The position numbers and the translations under genes are program-made. Shown piece after piece: positions 13,355-29,418 of a stretch of 64,000 nt of DNA. The stretch covers positions 113,398,001-113,462,000 of the forward strand of contig OX597820.1 in NCBI GenBank assembly GCA_951406725.2, given 5' to 3'. Source of the DNA: Octopus vulgaris. Taxonomy: Eukaryota. Position 1 is the stretch's first letter. The number at the start of each line of letters is the position of its first letter. Below the pieces are notes generated by a model that worked only from the letters and a program-made list of their open reading frames with translations, searched no databases and was not told where the DNA came from.

Positions 13355-13714
13355 TCGGGCGATTATAGTCTCTGTCAGTATATATGTATACAATTATGTG
13401 CTTTGACTACATTAGACCATTTTAGCTCTTATTTCTAGCAATGTATGTGTTTCTAATATCCTAGTCACATTTAGTGACAATTATAGCTTTCATTTTGGGT
13501 AAAAAAAATTGCAAACTATTGTCTATTTTGATTATATCTGTGTGTGTGTGTGTGTGTGTGTGTGTCTGTGTGTGTATCTATACACTTGTTGGCGATTTCT
13601 TTTCCTTCTTTGATTTATATATGTGCGTGTGCATGTGTGTTTGTGCGTGTGTGTGTATTTGTGTGTGTGTGTATGTGTGTGTGTGTGTGTGTGCGTTTGT
13701 GTGTTTGTGTGTTT

Positions 13715-13785
<71 letters not shown>

Positions 13786-14079
13786 TACAGATATGGCGCT
13801 GGCGTTGAGGTGTTTGCATCGCAGTCATATGGTTCCGATATACCGACTTATATAAACGAGTGATACGAGAGCTGTGACATCTTGCTTGTATTAATTTCAG
13901 CTCTCGTTAATAACTGCAAATTCAGAGACAGATAGAGAAAGGAAGGAAGGAAGGAAGGAAGGAAGGAAGGAAGGAAGAAAGAAAGAAAGAAGAGAGAGAG
14001 GCAAACAGACAGACGGACAGACATCTGACTGTTGAAGAAAGACTTCAAAAGTAACTAGTGGCGGCTTCTCTTGAAAATG

Positions 14080-14858
14080 GACGAATAGCGTTTTGCTATT
14101 ATCAAATACCTGCAGAATAGGGTAGAGTCCCTATTCTGCCATGGTTGCTACATTAGAAGATGATACTCCAGCTTTATCAACAAGGCAAAAGTGAGCAGCT
14201 GAATTTAGGATGGGAAGGGAGAGTCTTAAAATTGAACCAAGATCTGGAGGTCCTGCAACTTTTACAATTGAAGAAAAAGTTGATCGTGTTCACCACATGG
14301 TGATGGATGTTAGGCGATTGAGTATAAATCAAATATCCAATGCGATTTGCATATCCCGTGAGGAAGTTGAGAACATTTTGCTCAGTGGACTTGGCAAGAC
14401 GAAGGTTTCTGCGCAGTGGGTATCACATCTGACACCTTATCAAAAGCTCACTAGGCCTATTACATCACGAGAAAATCTGACAGCTGGTTTCCTTGAGCGT
14501 TTACTAACCCCAAATGAGTGATGGCTTCATAACTTTGAGCCAGAGACAAAAAGACAATCCATACAGTGAAAACAGCCCTCCTCACCTGCTCCAAAGATTG
14601 CCAAGGTCGTTCCATCTGCAGGAAAGGTGATGGCCTCTTTTTTGGTGGGATGTAAAAAGCATGGTGTTTATTGATTATCTTCAAAAGGACCACACCATCA
14701 ATGGAGAGTACTATGTCAAATTGCTCAGGCAGTTACGAAATGCTATTAAGAACAAACACCCTGGGAAATTGACGAAAGGGATCTTGTCTCATCAGGACAA
14801 TGCTCTAGCATGCAAGTCCTTGCTTTCAATGGTTGTTGTGCGTGATTGTCGCTTTTGA
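14080..14858 (+). mobile_element. Decayed mariner transposase
   Basis: EPRSGGP, KVSAQWVSHLT (WVPH-like motif), FIDYLQKDHTINGEYY and HQDNA, with stops and frameshifts. Confidence 0.9.
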
Positions 14859-14865
14859 GGCGACT

Positions 14866-14920
<55 letters not shown>

Positions 14921-14980
14921 GTAAAAACGGTAAGATAACAAAAGAAAGAGACCTCAATATTATGTAAATAGATGAAATTT

Positions 14981-15122
14981 ATCTGTAAATGTAATATGTG
15001 ACAATTATTCAATAGCCAAGATAAAAACTCTGAGTTTCGGATGCCGAGGTGGAAATTCACACCACCAACTCTTCGAGTTTTATCTTGGCTGCCGAATAAT
15101 TGTCACATATTATTTTACAGAT
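14981..15122 (-). repeat. Fold-back hairpin with arms of about 48 bp enclosing an HHR-like core
   Basis: atctgtaaa...gccaagataaaaactc pairs with gagttttatcttggc...tttacagat; the loop reads GAAGA...GAAActcagagt on the minus strand. Confidence 0.7.
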
Positions 15123-15147
15123 ATATATATATATATATGTATGTATG

Positions 15148-15183
<36 letters not shown>

Positions 15184-15585
15184 TGTATGTATGTATGTAT
15201 GTATGTATGTATGTATGTATGTATGTATGTATGCATGTATGTATGTATAGACACACACTCAAATATACAGATATATACATATATATACATATATATACAG
15301 ATATATACATACTATCTATTTTATTCAAATGTGTGAGCGTATATATATACATACATATGAAAATGAGATAGTTTTTCTTCAAAATCTGCTCGGTAAATAA
15401 TCGAAAATTAATCAAAGCTCTAGCAACTTCTATGTGAAAGAAATCGAATGGAATTGAGCAATCGTGAATCCATCGTGCTGAGTAGTTATGTATATATGTT
15501 ACTTTAATCCGGGACATCAAGTCATACATATAAATATATAGAGAGAGAAAAGGATAGGTAGAGTGGTAGATGTAAATTGTAAATA

Positions 15586-15970
15586 TCTCTCTATATATAA
15601 ACGGCAGTTTGTCTGTGTGTGTTTCTGTGTGTCTGTCAGGTTGTACCCTCACCCTGACCACGGCTTTCAACCGATTCTGATGAAAGTTGACACACACATA
15701 GCCCAATGTCATAATTCAAAACTAACGCAGGGAAAATTTTGAAAAGTTCCCCCAGTTCTGAAAAAAATCGATAAATTCGACATGGGGTCGACAATGAGAA
15801 ACACAAACCACAAACTGTCTAGGGGACGCAACTCCACCTTTTTTAAATCTCAAAAAAAAATTTACCATCATTTTTTTCCATTTTTTTGCTATTTTTTGGC
15901 TATAACTCTCTAAAAATGCTTTATAGTTATTTCCCTTACAAACCTGAGCAACGCCGGGCGATACTGCTAG
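15586..15970 (+). mobile_element. Non-autonomous Helitron
   Basis: A|TC start, subterminal GC-rich imperfect hairpin (cctgagcaacgccggg), CTAG|T end, no TSD. Confidence 0.75.
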
Positions 15971-15980
15971 TATGTATATA

Positions 15981-16399
15981 AGCGTAGGAGTGGCTGTGTG
16001 GTAAGTAGCTTGCTAACCAACCACATGGTTCCGGGTTCAGTCCCACTGCGTGGCATCTTGGGCAACTGTCTTCTGCTATAGCCCCGGGCCGACCAATGCC
16101 TTGTGAGTGGATTTGGTAGACGGAAACTGAAAGAAGCCTGTCGTATATATGTATATATGTATGTATGTGTGTGCGTGTGTGTGTGTTTGTGTGTCTGTGT
16201 TTGTCCTCCTAGCATTGCTTGACAACCGATGCTGGTGTGTTTACGTCCCCGTAACTTAGCGGTTCGGCAAAAAGAGACCGATAGAATAAGTACTGGGCTT
16301 ACAAAGAATAAGTCCCGTGGTCGATTTGCTCGACTAAAGGCGGTGCTCCAGCATGGCCGCAGTCAAATGACTGAAACAACTAAAAGAGTAAAAGAGTAA
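15981..16399 (+). mobile_element. SINE family A, full length
   Basis: tRNA-like head (tggctgtgtggt A box, ggttcagtcc B box), internal microsatellite and taaaagag tail. Confidence 0.93.
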
Positions 16400-16615
16400 G
16401 CGTGTGTGTGTGTGTATTATACACATACATATATATGCATAAGTATATATATATATACGCATATACATACATGCATACATACATACATACATTATATACA
16501 TAGATACATACATACATTATATACATAGATACATACATATATGCATACATACATATATATGCATACATACATACATACATACATACATACATACATACAT
16601 ACATACATACATACA

Positions 16616-16646
<31 letters not shown>

Positions 16647-16983
16647 CCAGTGTTTGTCATTCAGTAGTATTAGCCTTTTAGCAAGATCCAGTAAACGGCC
16701 TAGAAAAAGCCACGCCCTGCATTTCCCATTCGGGCATCACGTGCCACCTCAGTTCCATGCTTCTCCATCTCCATGGAGAAAAATCCTTGCCGAAGTTTCT
16801 CTCTCCCTCTCTGTCTCCCTCCCTTTCTCTCTTTTTCTTTCTTTCTCTCTCTCTCTCTCTGCTATGGTTCTAGCTTCCCTAAAACACAGTCTTCTTCTCG
16901 TTTCTTTTCTCACTCCTCCCCTCCTCTCTTCTTCCCTCCCTATCCCTTTTGCCATGTCTCATTTTCTCTCTCTCTCTCCCTCT

Positions 16984-17022
<39 letters not shown>

Positions 17023-17836
17023 CCATTCCTTTCTCAGTAATCCACCGTTTCTTTTGCGCCTTCTTTCTATTCTTCCCATCTTGACCAATTTCCTACTTTA
17101 CTCTCCTTTTTCTTCAGTTGAATCAAACATCGGCACACACACACACACATACACACACACATATACACACACACACACATACACACACACACACATAAAC
17201 ACACACACACACGCATACACATTCTCACACACACTCACACACACACGCTCACACATACACACACACTTTCCCCCTTCTCTCTTTGTGTCTCTCGCTGTAT
17301 CTCCCTTTCTCTTCCCCCCTCTCTCTCTACCCATCCTTCTCTCTCTCTTTCCACCTCCCTCTCTCTCTCTTTATCTCTTTTTTCCTCTCTCTGAATTTTC
17401 GGTCCATCATTTTTAGTCTGTTTATATTTCGTTTTGCTTCTTTTTACTACATTTTCACATACATTGCTTTCTCGTCCTCAAACACACACACTCACACACA
17501 CACACACACACACACTCACACACACACACACACACTCACACACACACACACGCACAAATATTTAAACTAGCTTCGCCTCCTCCCCGATTTTCTCTCTCTC
17601 TACTTCACCGAGTCACTCTCTTTCTCCTTATTCTCTCTTTCCTTCTCTCTCAGTTAATTTTCTTCCTTATCCAGGCTCCTTAAAGACGCAATCACACATG
17701 TACACACACACACACACACACACACATATAAACTCACTGGAAAACATATGTAATTACATATGAACACACACAAACTTTCTCTCTCTCTCTCTTCTTCTTC
17801 TTCTTCCTCTTCCTCTTCTCTTCTCTCTCTCTCTTC

Positions 17837-17926
<90 letters not shown>

Positions 17927-17983
17927 CTCTATCTATGTCTATGTCTATTTATCTATGTATCTATCTATAAATTTGTCTGTCTG

Positions 17984-18037
<54 letters not shown>

Positions 18038-18333
18038 CATCTATCTATCTATCTATCTATCCATCTATCTATCTATCTATCTATCTGTCTATCTATCGAA
18101 TTGTCTATTTGCTTATCTGTATATCTATTTATCTATCTGTCCATTTCCTACTATTTCTTCTTGTTGCCCCCTCCCCACAAACATTCTGATATTGCTTCAT
18201 ACTTCTCCCTCTACCTCTACCTCTACATACACATATATGTGTGTATACACATACTAAAACACACACATATGTGTACATGTATATATACCGTATATATTAC
18301 AACACCACCTCAGACATCGCGAAGGTCGTTGTC

Positions 18334-19035
<702 letters not shown>

Positions 19036-19036
<1 letters not shown>

Positions 19037-19248
19037 AGGCAGCGAGCTTGCAGAAACGTTAGCACGGCGGGCGAATCGCTTACCTGTATTTCGTCTATCT
19101 TCACATTCTGAGTTCAAATGCTAACGGGATCAATTTAGCCTTTCATCCTTTCAGGGTCGATAAATTAATTACCAGTTACACACTGGGGTCGATGTAATCG
19201 ACTAGTCCCCTCGTCCAAAATTTCAGGCCTTGTGCCTTTAATAGAAAA
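19036..19248 (+). mobile_element. SINE family B (B2 tail) within TTA arrays
   Basis: aaggcagcgagcttgcagaaacgttag...aaaatttcaggccttgtgcctttaatagaaaa. Confidence 0.85.
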
Positions 19249-19978
<730 letters not shown>

Positions 19979-19995
19979 GTTTATTATTATTATTA

Positions 19996-20030
<35 letters not shown>

Positions 20031-20033
20031 GTT

Positions 20034-20132
20034 AGTCAGCAGTTTTATTTTTATAGCGTGCTTTCACTTCACTAACGAGCGCAGCTCTGTGTGCCTTGGG
20101 TATGTGCTTTGATTTGTTGTGATGCTCTGATG
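20034..20132 (-). mobile_element. Second, very short R4/Dong 3'UTR insertion
   Basis: Homologous to 19350-19440 (gctctgtgtgccttgggtatgtgct) and flanked by TAA repeats. Confidence 0.8.
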
Positions 20133-20170
<38 letters not shown>

Positions 20171-21006
20171 CATTATCATTACTACATAGCCTCCGTTGCT
20201 ACGGATATTGTTGTTATTGTTCATGTCGTCATGTCAATGTTGTTACATCTCCTTTCCCATCCTCATCTTCTGCATCGCTGTTCACCACAACCATCACCAC
20301 CGCCACCATCACCTCCAGTGCTACCACCATCTCCCCACTTCCACCACGACCTACCACTACCCACCACCATTAAAATATAACCGTCACCTGTAAAGCATGA
20401 TAGCTTCCATGTTATCTCTCAAATTGCAAAATTCTGCGGCCAAAACGCCTTCAAAATATACCTTATTGTGTTAAAAAAAAGAGATGGCCACCTTAGATAG
20501 TGTCATCCGATGTACGCTAAGCTAGAAAGAAAGGCGTGATAGTCACGGATGTACTCTTTTAAACTTGAAACGAGTTAAGGTAGACCTGGGATTAAATAAC
20601 AATAACTTCATGGCTATCACCACACTATTACCACAACAACCAATGCCACCACCAGCACCACCATCAACAACATCAACACTACCATAATCACAACTACACT
20701 AACACCAAAACAACCACCTCCATACCACCACCACCATCACGTCTATCACCATTACCAACATTACCACCGTTATCACAATCATCAATACAACATGTCCACC
20801 AACATCACCACCACTACATAACATAAGCACCACCTTACGCTGAAAATAACACCAAATATCTCTTTCAAACCACTCCACATGGTCAGGTACAACATTGAAT
20901 TATATAGATTTGTATTCAATGCTCGACGAAGGTTGACCTGGGCCTGAACGATGCAGCACACTCATACACACACGCACGCACACATATATGTGTGTGTGTG
21001 AGTGTG

Positions 21007-21038
<32 letters not shown>

Positions 21039-21047
21039 CGTGCGCGC

Positions 21048-21615
<568 letters not shown>

Positions 21616-21750
21616 GGTGAAATTAATTGATTAATTAATTAATCAATCAATAAATAACTTTTCCAAGTAGTCAGTACGTTACAAAAAACCTTTTGTAAGT
21701 GAATTATACAAAATATTCTATAATTATGTATATAATTATAGAATATTGTG

Positions 21751-21818
<68 letters not shown>

Positions 21819-22284
21819 TATATAAATATACATATATATTTATATACATATGTGTATATGCGTATATATATATATGTGTGTGTGTGTGTATTATACACAT
21901 ACATACATACATTTACATACATACATACATATAGTTTTCTCAACGCTCGCTATTTTACCCTTCCATCTTTGTTTTCGTTCGGTTTCTTTGTATGTCTCCA
22001 CTGTCCTGTTTTTTGTTCCCAACCATGACCCTCCATAAATCTAAAATTTCATTTTGGTATTTATGGGAGTAACTATCTTCGAAGACTCAAACTGTCGCTG
22101 AAGACCCGAGGTGAGGATTAGATTGACAGCCAACAACCGATGAAGGATCGTTCTCTCTGTTACTTGTCCTGTTTTCCATTTTTCTCTTGTTCTTTGCGTT
22201 TAACTCATTTGTTTTCGTATTTCATGTTGTTTACTGTTGGTAATGTCCCGTACGTATATATGATATATATATATATATATACAT

Positions 22285-22359
<75 letters not shown>

Positions 22360-22386
22360 CACACACACATATATATATATATACAT

Positions 22387-22433
<47 letters not shown>

Positions 22434-22494
22434 TACACACACACACATATATATATATATACATACACACACACACACATATATATATATACAT

Positions 22495-22588
<94 letters not shown>

Positions 22589-22892
22589 ATAATATTTATA
22601 CATAAATAAATATGCATGTATATATACACACATATATGTACATACAAATACATATATATATATATACATATATAAGAAATACTAAATTTCTAAATATATC
22701 AGAGAGATATGAGCGGTGGTGGAACGATAGACCGGTTGTATACTGTTAACTTATCGTGACAGTCCCGTAAAGGGAATCACACCACCGCTATTTAGCTCCA
22801 AGAAGCATCGACGCTTCCTGTCAGCTTTGACACATTTCCTGTCTCCTTATGTTTACGAAGGGGAGACAAGCACCCCCAACAGCTAGGCCTGC

Positions 22893-22936
22893 AACCAGAC
22901 ACATGCATATTTCTGAATCTTGCTCATCATCAGTCA
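22893..22936 (-). ncRNA. HHR core with stem I truncated by (TA)n
   Basis: Minus strand reads CTGATGA tgag caaga ttca GAAA tatgcatgt GTC. Confidence 0.55.
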
Positions 22937-23042
22937 TATATATATATATATATATTGTGTGTGAAATTTGATTTAGTATTTCTAAATTGAATTTTTTCCC
23001 TGTAAGTTAGGATTAATATTCCCTCAAATAATTATAACTCAT

Positions 23043-23253
23043 TACTCTTTTACTCTTTTACTTGTTTCAGTCATTTGACTGCGGCCATGCTGGAGCACCG
23101 CCTTTAGTCGAGCAAATCGACCCCGGGACTTATTCTTTGTAAGCCCAGTACTTATTCTATCAGTCTCTTTTGCCGAACCGCTAGGTGACGGGGACGTAAA
23201 CACACCAGCATTGGTTGTCAAGCAATGCTAGGGGAACAAACACAGACACACAA

Positions 23254-23265
<12 letters not shown>
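23043..23265 (-). mobile_element. SINE family A, 3' half
   Basis: Near-identical to the tail of the 15981 copy. Confidence 0.9.
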
Positions 23266-23304
<39 letters not shown>

Positions 23305-23324
23305 ATATAATATATATATATAAT

Positions 23325-23403
<79 letters not shown>

Positions 23404-23437
23404 ATATATATATAATATATATATATAATATATATAT

Positions 23438-23507
<70 letters not shown>

Positions 23508-23783
23508 CGTTATAACCAAGTTAACGTGGTTTCATTGTTAGAGTGCCGCATATAATTATAGACATACAAACATACATACATACATAATATATGCATTGAC
23601 ATATATATTCATGTTTCCTATAACCTATATGGATTTCTGATGAACTCTCTACTTGACGTGTTTTTTGCTGTATATTTATTTAGCTATTGCTTTGTAAGTT
23701 ATATTTGCTTATTTGCAGCTTTAAGATACAATTGTTTAATAGTATGAAACAATTGTACTCCATTCCATTGTTGCTTTTTTTTC

Positions 23784-23848
<65 letters not shown>

Positions 23849-24102
23849 CATAATAATTTATATATGTGTGTGTGTACATATATACATAGATATTCCCTCT
23901 GAAATAGTTTTTGGCTCGTTTTTTTCTGACTGCACCTTCTAGTTTGTGTAGTTTCTTTGTAGGGTCTGCACTGTTTTTTTTTGTATCTAAATGTACCAAT
24001 TTTACACACGCATATATATATACTATATATCATTTATATATATATATATATATATATACTATCATGAATATGAATATATACTATCATGAATATGAATGAT
24101 AT

Positions 24103-24167
<65 letters not shown>

Positions 24168-24170
24168 ACA

Positions 24171-24252
<82 letters not shown>

Positions 24253-24393
24253 CATTCCTTTCTGATATATATATATATATAGACTTCATATTCCCGGAGC
24301 GTTATATATATATATATACATCTGTGTTGTTACACATACACACCCGTCGGCTTCGGCTTGTTGTTGTTGTTTTTTATATATATATATATATCA

Positions 24394-24530
<137 letters not shown>

Positions 24531-25141
24531 TGGTTTCTGTTTTAATTTTTTAAGACCACCACAGTGTTTTCCACACCACACAGAAACAAAAACACCATTA
24601 CAGCAGACTAACTTCGTCTTCTTCGTCAACACCACAACCACCACCATGACCAACACTACAACACTTACTCTCTTATAGACTACAAATACTGCGCACCAAT
24701 TCACTGTCATCACCATCACCACTACTATCAATACTAATGCAATAACCGCTGCTACTGCTGATACTACTACTACTACTACTACTACTGATGATGGTGATGT
24801 TGACCATCATCATCATCATGTTACAACTACTACTACAACCACTACTACTGCCACTATTACTGCTACTTCCAATACTCCACCTCATCCTGCCACCAATTCC
24901 TTCCTCTTTTAGTTCTGTCATGTATATTTCTTGAATGCAAAAAATAGTTTGTAACTGGTTACCAACGGCAACCACAACAGCAGCAGCATCAACAATAACT
25001 GCAACAGCACCAGCGGCTGCAGTAGCAGCAGTAGCAGCAAGAGAGGCAGCAACCGCGGCAGCAGTCTTAATGGCAGCCATTGCAACACCAGTGTCTACAC
25101 CATCAAATATGCGATGTCTATCAACGACTTTTCTTTTATGA

Positions 25142-25288
<147 letters not shown>

Positions 25289-25289
25289 C

Positions 25290-25441
<152 letters not shown>

Positions 25442-25606
25442 GTCTGTCTGTCTGTCTGTCTGCCTATATCTCTGTCTCTAAGTCATCTTGCTCAACCTGT
25501 GTGTGTGCATGAGTGTGCGTGCATAAGTACATATCACGTAAATAAGCATATAGATATATGTGTATTAATATGTGTCTGTATATATAAATATACCCATATA
25601 CACATC

Positions 25607-25659
<53 letters not shown>

Positions 25660-25717
25660 TATGCACATATACATAAATACATATATATATATATATATAA
25701 TATGCACATATACATAA

Positions 25718-25770
<53 letters not shown>

Positions 25771-25772
<2 letters not shown>

Positions 25773-27201
25773 GAAACAGTTTCTATCCCAGTCGGTCATC
25801 CCGGTTTTCAAACAGGGAAACAGATCCCTCGCAGTCAACTATCGCCCAATCTCACTCACCTCCCACATCATTAAAGTGTTTGAAAGAGTGTTAAGATCAA
25901 GGATAGCTGACTTCCTGGAGACCCACAAACTCCTAAATGCAAATCAGCATGGCTTTCGCTGTGGCAGGGACTGTCTAACACAGCTCTTACACCACATTGA
26001 AGATGTACTCAAAGCCTTGGGAACAGGTTCGAACTCTGACGTCATATATCTTGACTTCAGTAAAGCGTTCGACAGGGTAGACCATAACATCCTACTCTCA
26101 AAATTGGCAAATGTTGGAATCCGTGGAAAAGTTCTACACTGGATTAAGTATTTCCTGGCGAATAGAACACAACATGTTGTAGTTGATGGAGTCCACTCAA
26201 ACCCAGCAAAAGTCACCAGCGGTGTTCCCCAGGGAACTGTTTTGGGTCCGCTACTCTTCATAATTTACGTAAACGACCTTTCCAGCGTCGTACATTACTG
26301 CAAAGTGAAAATATTTGCTGATGACACTAAGCTCCAGCAAATCGTCAATGAAGAAGCAGACCGAACTCAACTCCAGTCTGATCTATATGCTGTGAGTCAA
26401 TGGGCAGACAGAAACAAAATGCAACTGAATGAGGGAAAATTTGAGCTGATGCATTTTGGAAGAAATTCCTCACTAAAACAACCATACTCTCTCCCTTCAG
26501 GGGAACCGCTCACAGCCTCTAACAATATCAGAGACCTGGGTGTAATTGTTGATGACGATCTCAGTTGGAGTGCACACATCAACAAGAAGGTCGATATAGC
26601 TCGTAGGATGAGTTCCTGGATCTTAAGAACTTTCCGGTCCAGAGAACAAGGTGTCATCATACCACTTTTTTCCTCCTTTGTACGGCCACACCTTGAATAC
26701 TGCTGCCCACTGTGGTCTCCTCACACAAGACAAAACATCTCCAGAATTGAGTCACCCCAGAGGGCACTCACTAAACAAATTGAAGGCATGGCTGCTCTCG
26801 ATTATTGGGATCGCCTTAAAGCCTTGAAACTTTACTCCCTCCAGCGTCGCCGTGAGCGGTACATCATTTGTACGATGTGGAAAATATACCGCCAACTTTG
26901 CCCAAACGACCTAAACATTAACTTCAAGGTTCATCCAAGACTTGGACCACGGGCTATACGTCCCCTGCCCAATTCAAGATCACAACATACATGTACACTG
27001 CAACATAATTTCTTTTCCTCAACAGGCCCTGCCCTATTTAACATTGTCCCGAGGGAGATCAAAGAGGAAAAGGATCCCATCAACTTTAAACAGAGTCTGG
27101 ATAGATTCCTTCAAAGAATACCAGATAAGCCACCCATAATTGGATACAACTCACCCAACAAGAACTCACTACTTGAACAAAACTGGATACAACTCACCTA
27201 A
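25771..27201 (+). CDS. Non-LTR reverse transcriptase, C-terminal part of ORF2 (about 476 aa, no true start codon)
   Basis: [47 protein letters not shown] and RDLGV motifs; the upstream IYIY residues are microsatellite. Confidence 0.93.
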
Positions 27202-27345
27202 CAAGAACTCACTACTTGAACAAAACTTGACTTAAACAAAACTTGACTTAAGCAGGATTCGAATAATCCTATCAGGTGGTGCTATTAAGTTAGACATGGC
27301 CTGGACCAATCTTTGGTCGAAACATATCTAAGTTTATCTAAGTTT
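25771..27345 (+). mobile_element. 5'-truncated CR1-group LINE inserted in (TA)n
   Basis: Uninterrupted RT ORF, 3'UTR and a (TATCTAAGTT)x2 tail at 27325-27344. Confidence 0.92.
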
Positions 27346-27487
27346 ATATATATGTGTGTATATTTTGCACATTACTTAATCATTGTTATATGTTTTATCT
27401 TATATTTAATCTTTCTATAATATATAATTTTTCTAAATGGTATAATTTAATTTTTCATTATTGAATTGATAAAAGGTGTTTTTTCTA

Positions 27488-27534
<47 letters not shown>

Positions 27535-27537
27535 TAT

Positions 27538-28437
27538 ATACAAGATAAGAAAATGGAGAAATACATCTAAATCAAATATCAATTACCAGATAATACTCAA
27601 TCACATACTTTATTAAACCACCACATAAGAGACTGTAGGGTTAAACATAAAAAAGTAGAACAAAACAGTGTACATAAAGGAATGTACATAAAAAAGTGTA
27701 CATAAAAGAGTAATGTTGTATAATAAGTAGAATATATATAAAAAAAGAGAATATAAATATAAGTAAATATAAATATAAGTAAATATAAATATAAGTATGG
27801 ATTACATCTTACAGCTGTTTCGGCCATGTAGATAAGTATGTCTCATTTTACCAATATTAGTCTTTTATGGTAGGTCAATATATAGATATAAATGAGACAT
27901 TTACAAAAATATCATAAGGCCTCTTCGGAGATATACATATACACATGAGTGCATATACTCACACTCCTATACACATAAAAATATACATATTCATAATGAT
28001 GTAAATAAATAATATAAATTAGTAAACATATATATGTTCCACATTCAATGTTTCAGTTTTTCAACTTAATATTGTGATAATAAACATACACATATTAGTA
28101 CCTAGATGCAAATATACATAGTCAATAGTACATTATATTACTTCCTACTAATTTCCAAAGTGTCATTAAAGTTAGCATCATTATCGTTGTCAATACCATT
28201 AATGCTACCATTATTATCATTCATAATATTATTAACAACGCTTACATTAGGATCCAAAGTGGCACATATGTATGTCCGGGTTCCAGTTAGTAATTTTCCT
28301 TATGACATAAATACACTATTGGATTTGAATTTAAATTATCATTGTCTTCCTCGGTGGTTTAATAAAGTATGTGATTGAGTATTATCTGGTAATTGATATT
28401 TGATTTAGATGTATTTCTCCATTTTCTTATCTTGTAT
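27538..28437 (-). mobile_element. Non-coding HHR element bounded by an inverted repeat of about 84 bp
   Basis: About 27538-27621 is the reverse complement of about 28354-28437. Confidence 0.75.
27803..27935 (-). ncRNA. Type I HHR with extended stem II and palindromic stem III
   Basis: Minus strand reads tatatct CCGAAGA ggcc...(about 90 nt with inner stem atgtctcattt/aaatgagacat)...ggcc GAAA cagct GTA agatgta. Confidence 0.75.
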
Positions 28438-28623
28438 TAGTAATTTGTGGTAAATCATTCTACCTTTGCCCATATAATACAGTAAATGAATTGATTGCAT
28501 CGCAATCCTTAACATCTATGTATTAACTTTGTTGGGTACTTCACTAGCAGTATATTGGATATATATTATCCCATGGAGGGTTGCATTTACAAGCGCTATC
28601 TCAATTTATAAATAAATGAATAT

Positions 28624-29366
28624 GATCTATGTACTTGTGATATTTTTCTGTATTTACCCCCAAACCTTCGTGAGCTGTCTAGAGTAAACATTATCTGAGA
28701 GAAATTTTCTTTAAGTAGTAGAAATGCTAAGAAAATTTTTTTTGGCTGCTATTTCTACTAAGTTCAGTATGTGGCAAAGTAATTTATTTTACTAAGCCCT
28801 AATTATATAATGTAATATTTTGAATTCGCCTTAAATGGTCCTTTTACATACTGAACACTTGGTGAAATTGATTAATTAATTAATTTTACCCTCAATTGTT
28901 GATATTATAATTCATATCTCTCGGTCATACTGCCTTGGTTCTCGCGGTTAAAATATAATGTTTGCTAGATAGACCACGTGGGTGGAATGGGGAGTGCAGA
29001 ATTTTACGCCTGCGCATTTTGAATTTGTTGACACTGTTAGTTGGAGTGGTTCATCTGAAGCGACAAGTCGCTGATAGGTAAAGTTCCTTCTTTTTAGTGT
29101 TTCCAAATCCAAATTAAGAAATTTTGAGCTGACGAAAGAAATGCTGATTTTATTTGGCTAATCTTGAAACGTTGACGTACTCAAACGATCTATGTACTTG
29201 TGATATTTTTCTGTATTTACCCCCAAACCTTCGTGAGCTGTCTAGAGTAAACATTATCTGAGAGAAATTTTCTTTAAGTAGTAGAAATGCTAAGAAAATT
29301 TTTTTTGGCTGCTATTTCTACTAAGTTCAGTATGTGGCAAAGTAATTTATTTTACTAAGCCCTAAT

Positions 29367-29374
<8 letters not shown>
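28624..29374 (+). mobile_element. Retrozyme-like element: 563-bp unit with 188-bp terminal redundancy
   Basis: 28624-28811 matches 29187-29374; an HHR immediately precedes the second copy. Confidence 0.85.
29123..29185 (+). ncRNA. Type I hammerhead ribozyme, intact
   Basis: tttgag CTGACGA aaga...tctt GAAA cg ttga c GTA ctcaaa; predicted cleavage after 29179. Confidence 0.88.

Positions 29375-29418
<44 letters not shown>

Larger units (their letters stand above)
12960..13535 (+). mobile_element. Non-coding HHR-bearing element: inverted arm plus a terminally redundant unit of about 335 bp
   Basis: 12960-13125 is inverted against 13290-13440; direct repeat at 13127-13197 and 13462-13533. Confidence 0.8.

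Noticed and set aside
15676-15690. Isolated CTGATGA matches (also at about 3466, 23637, 29656, 31818 and 60588)
   Set aside because: No stem II/GAAA partner; expected by chance.
24935-25141. Ala/Thr-rich ORF
   Set aside because: Decayed CAG/CAA repeats with no splice or domain evidence.
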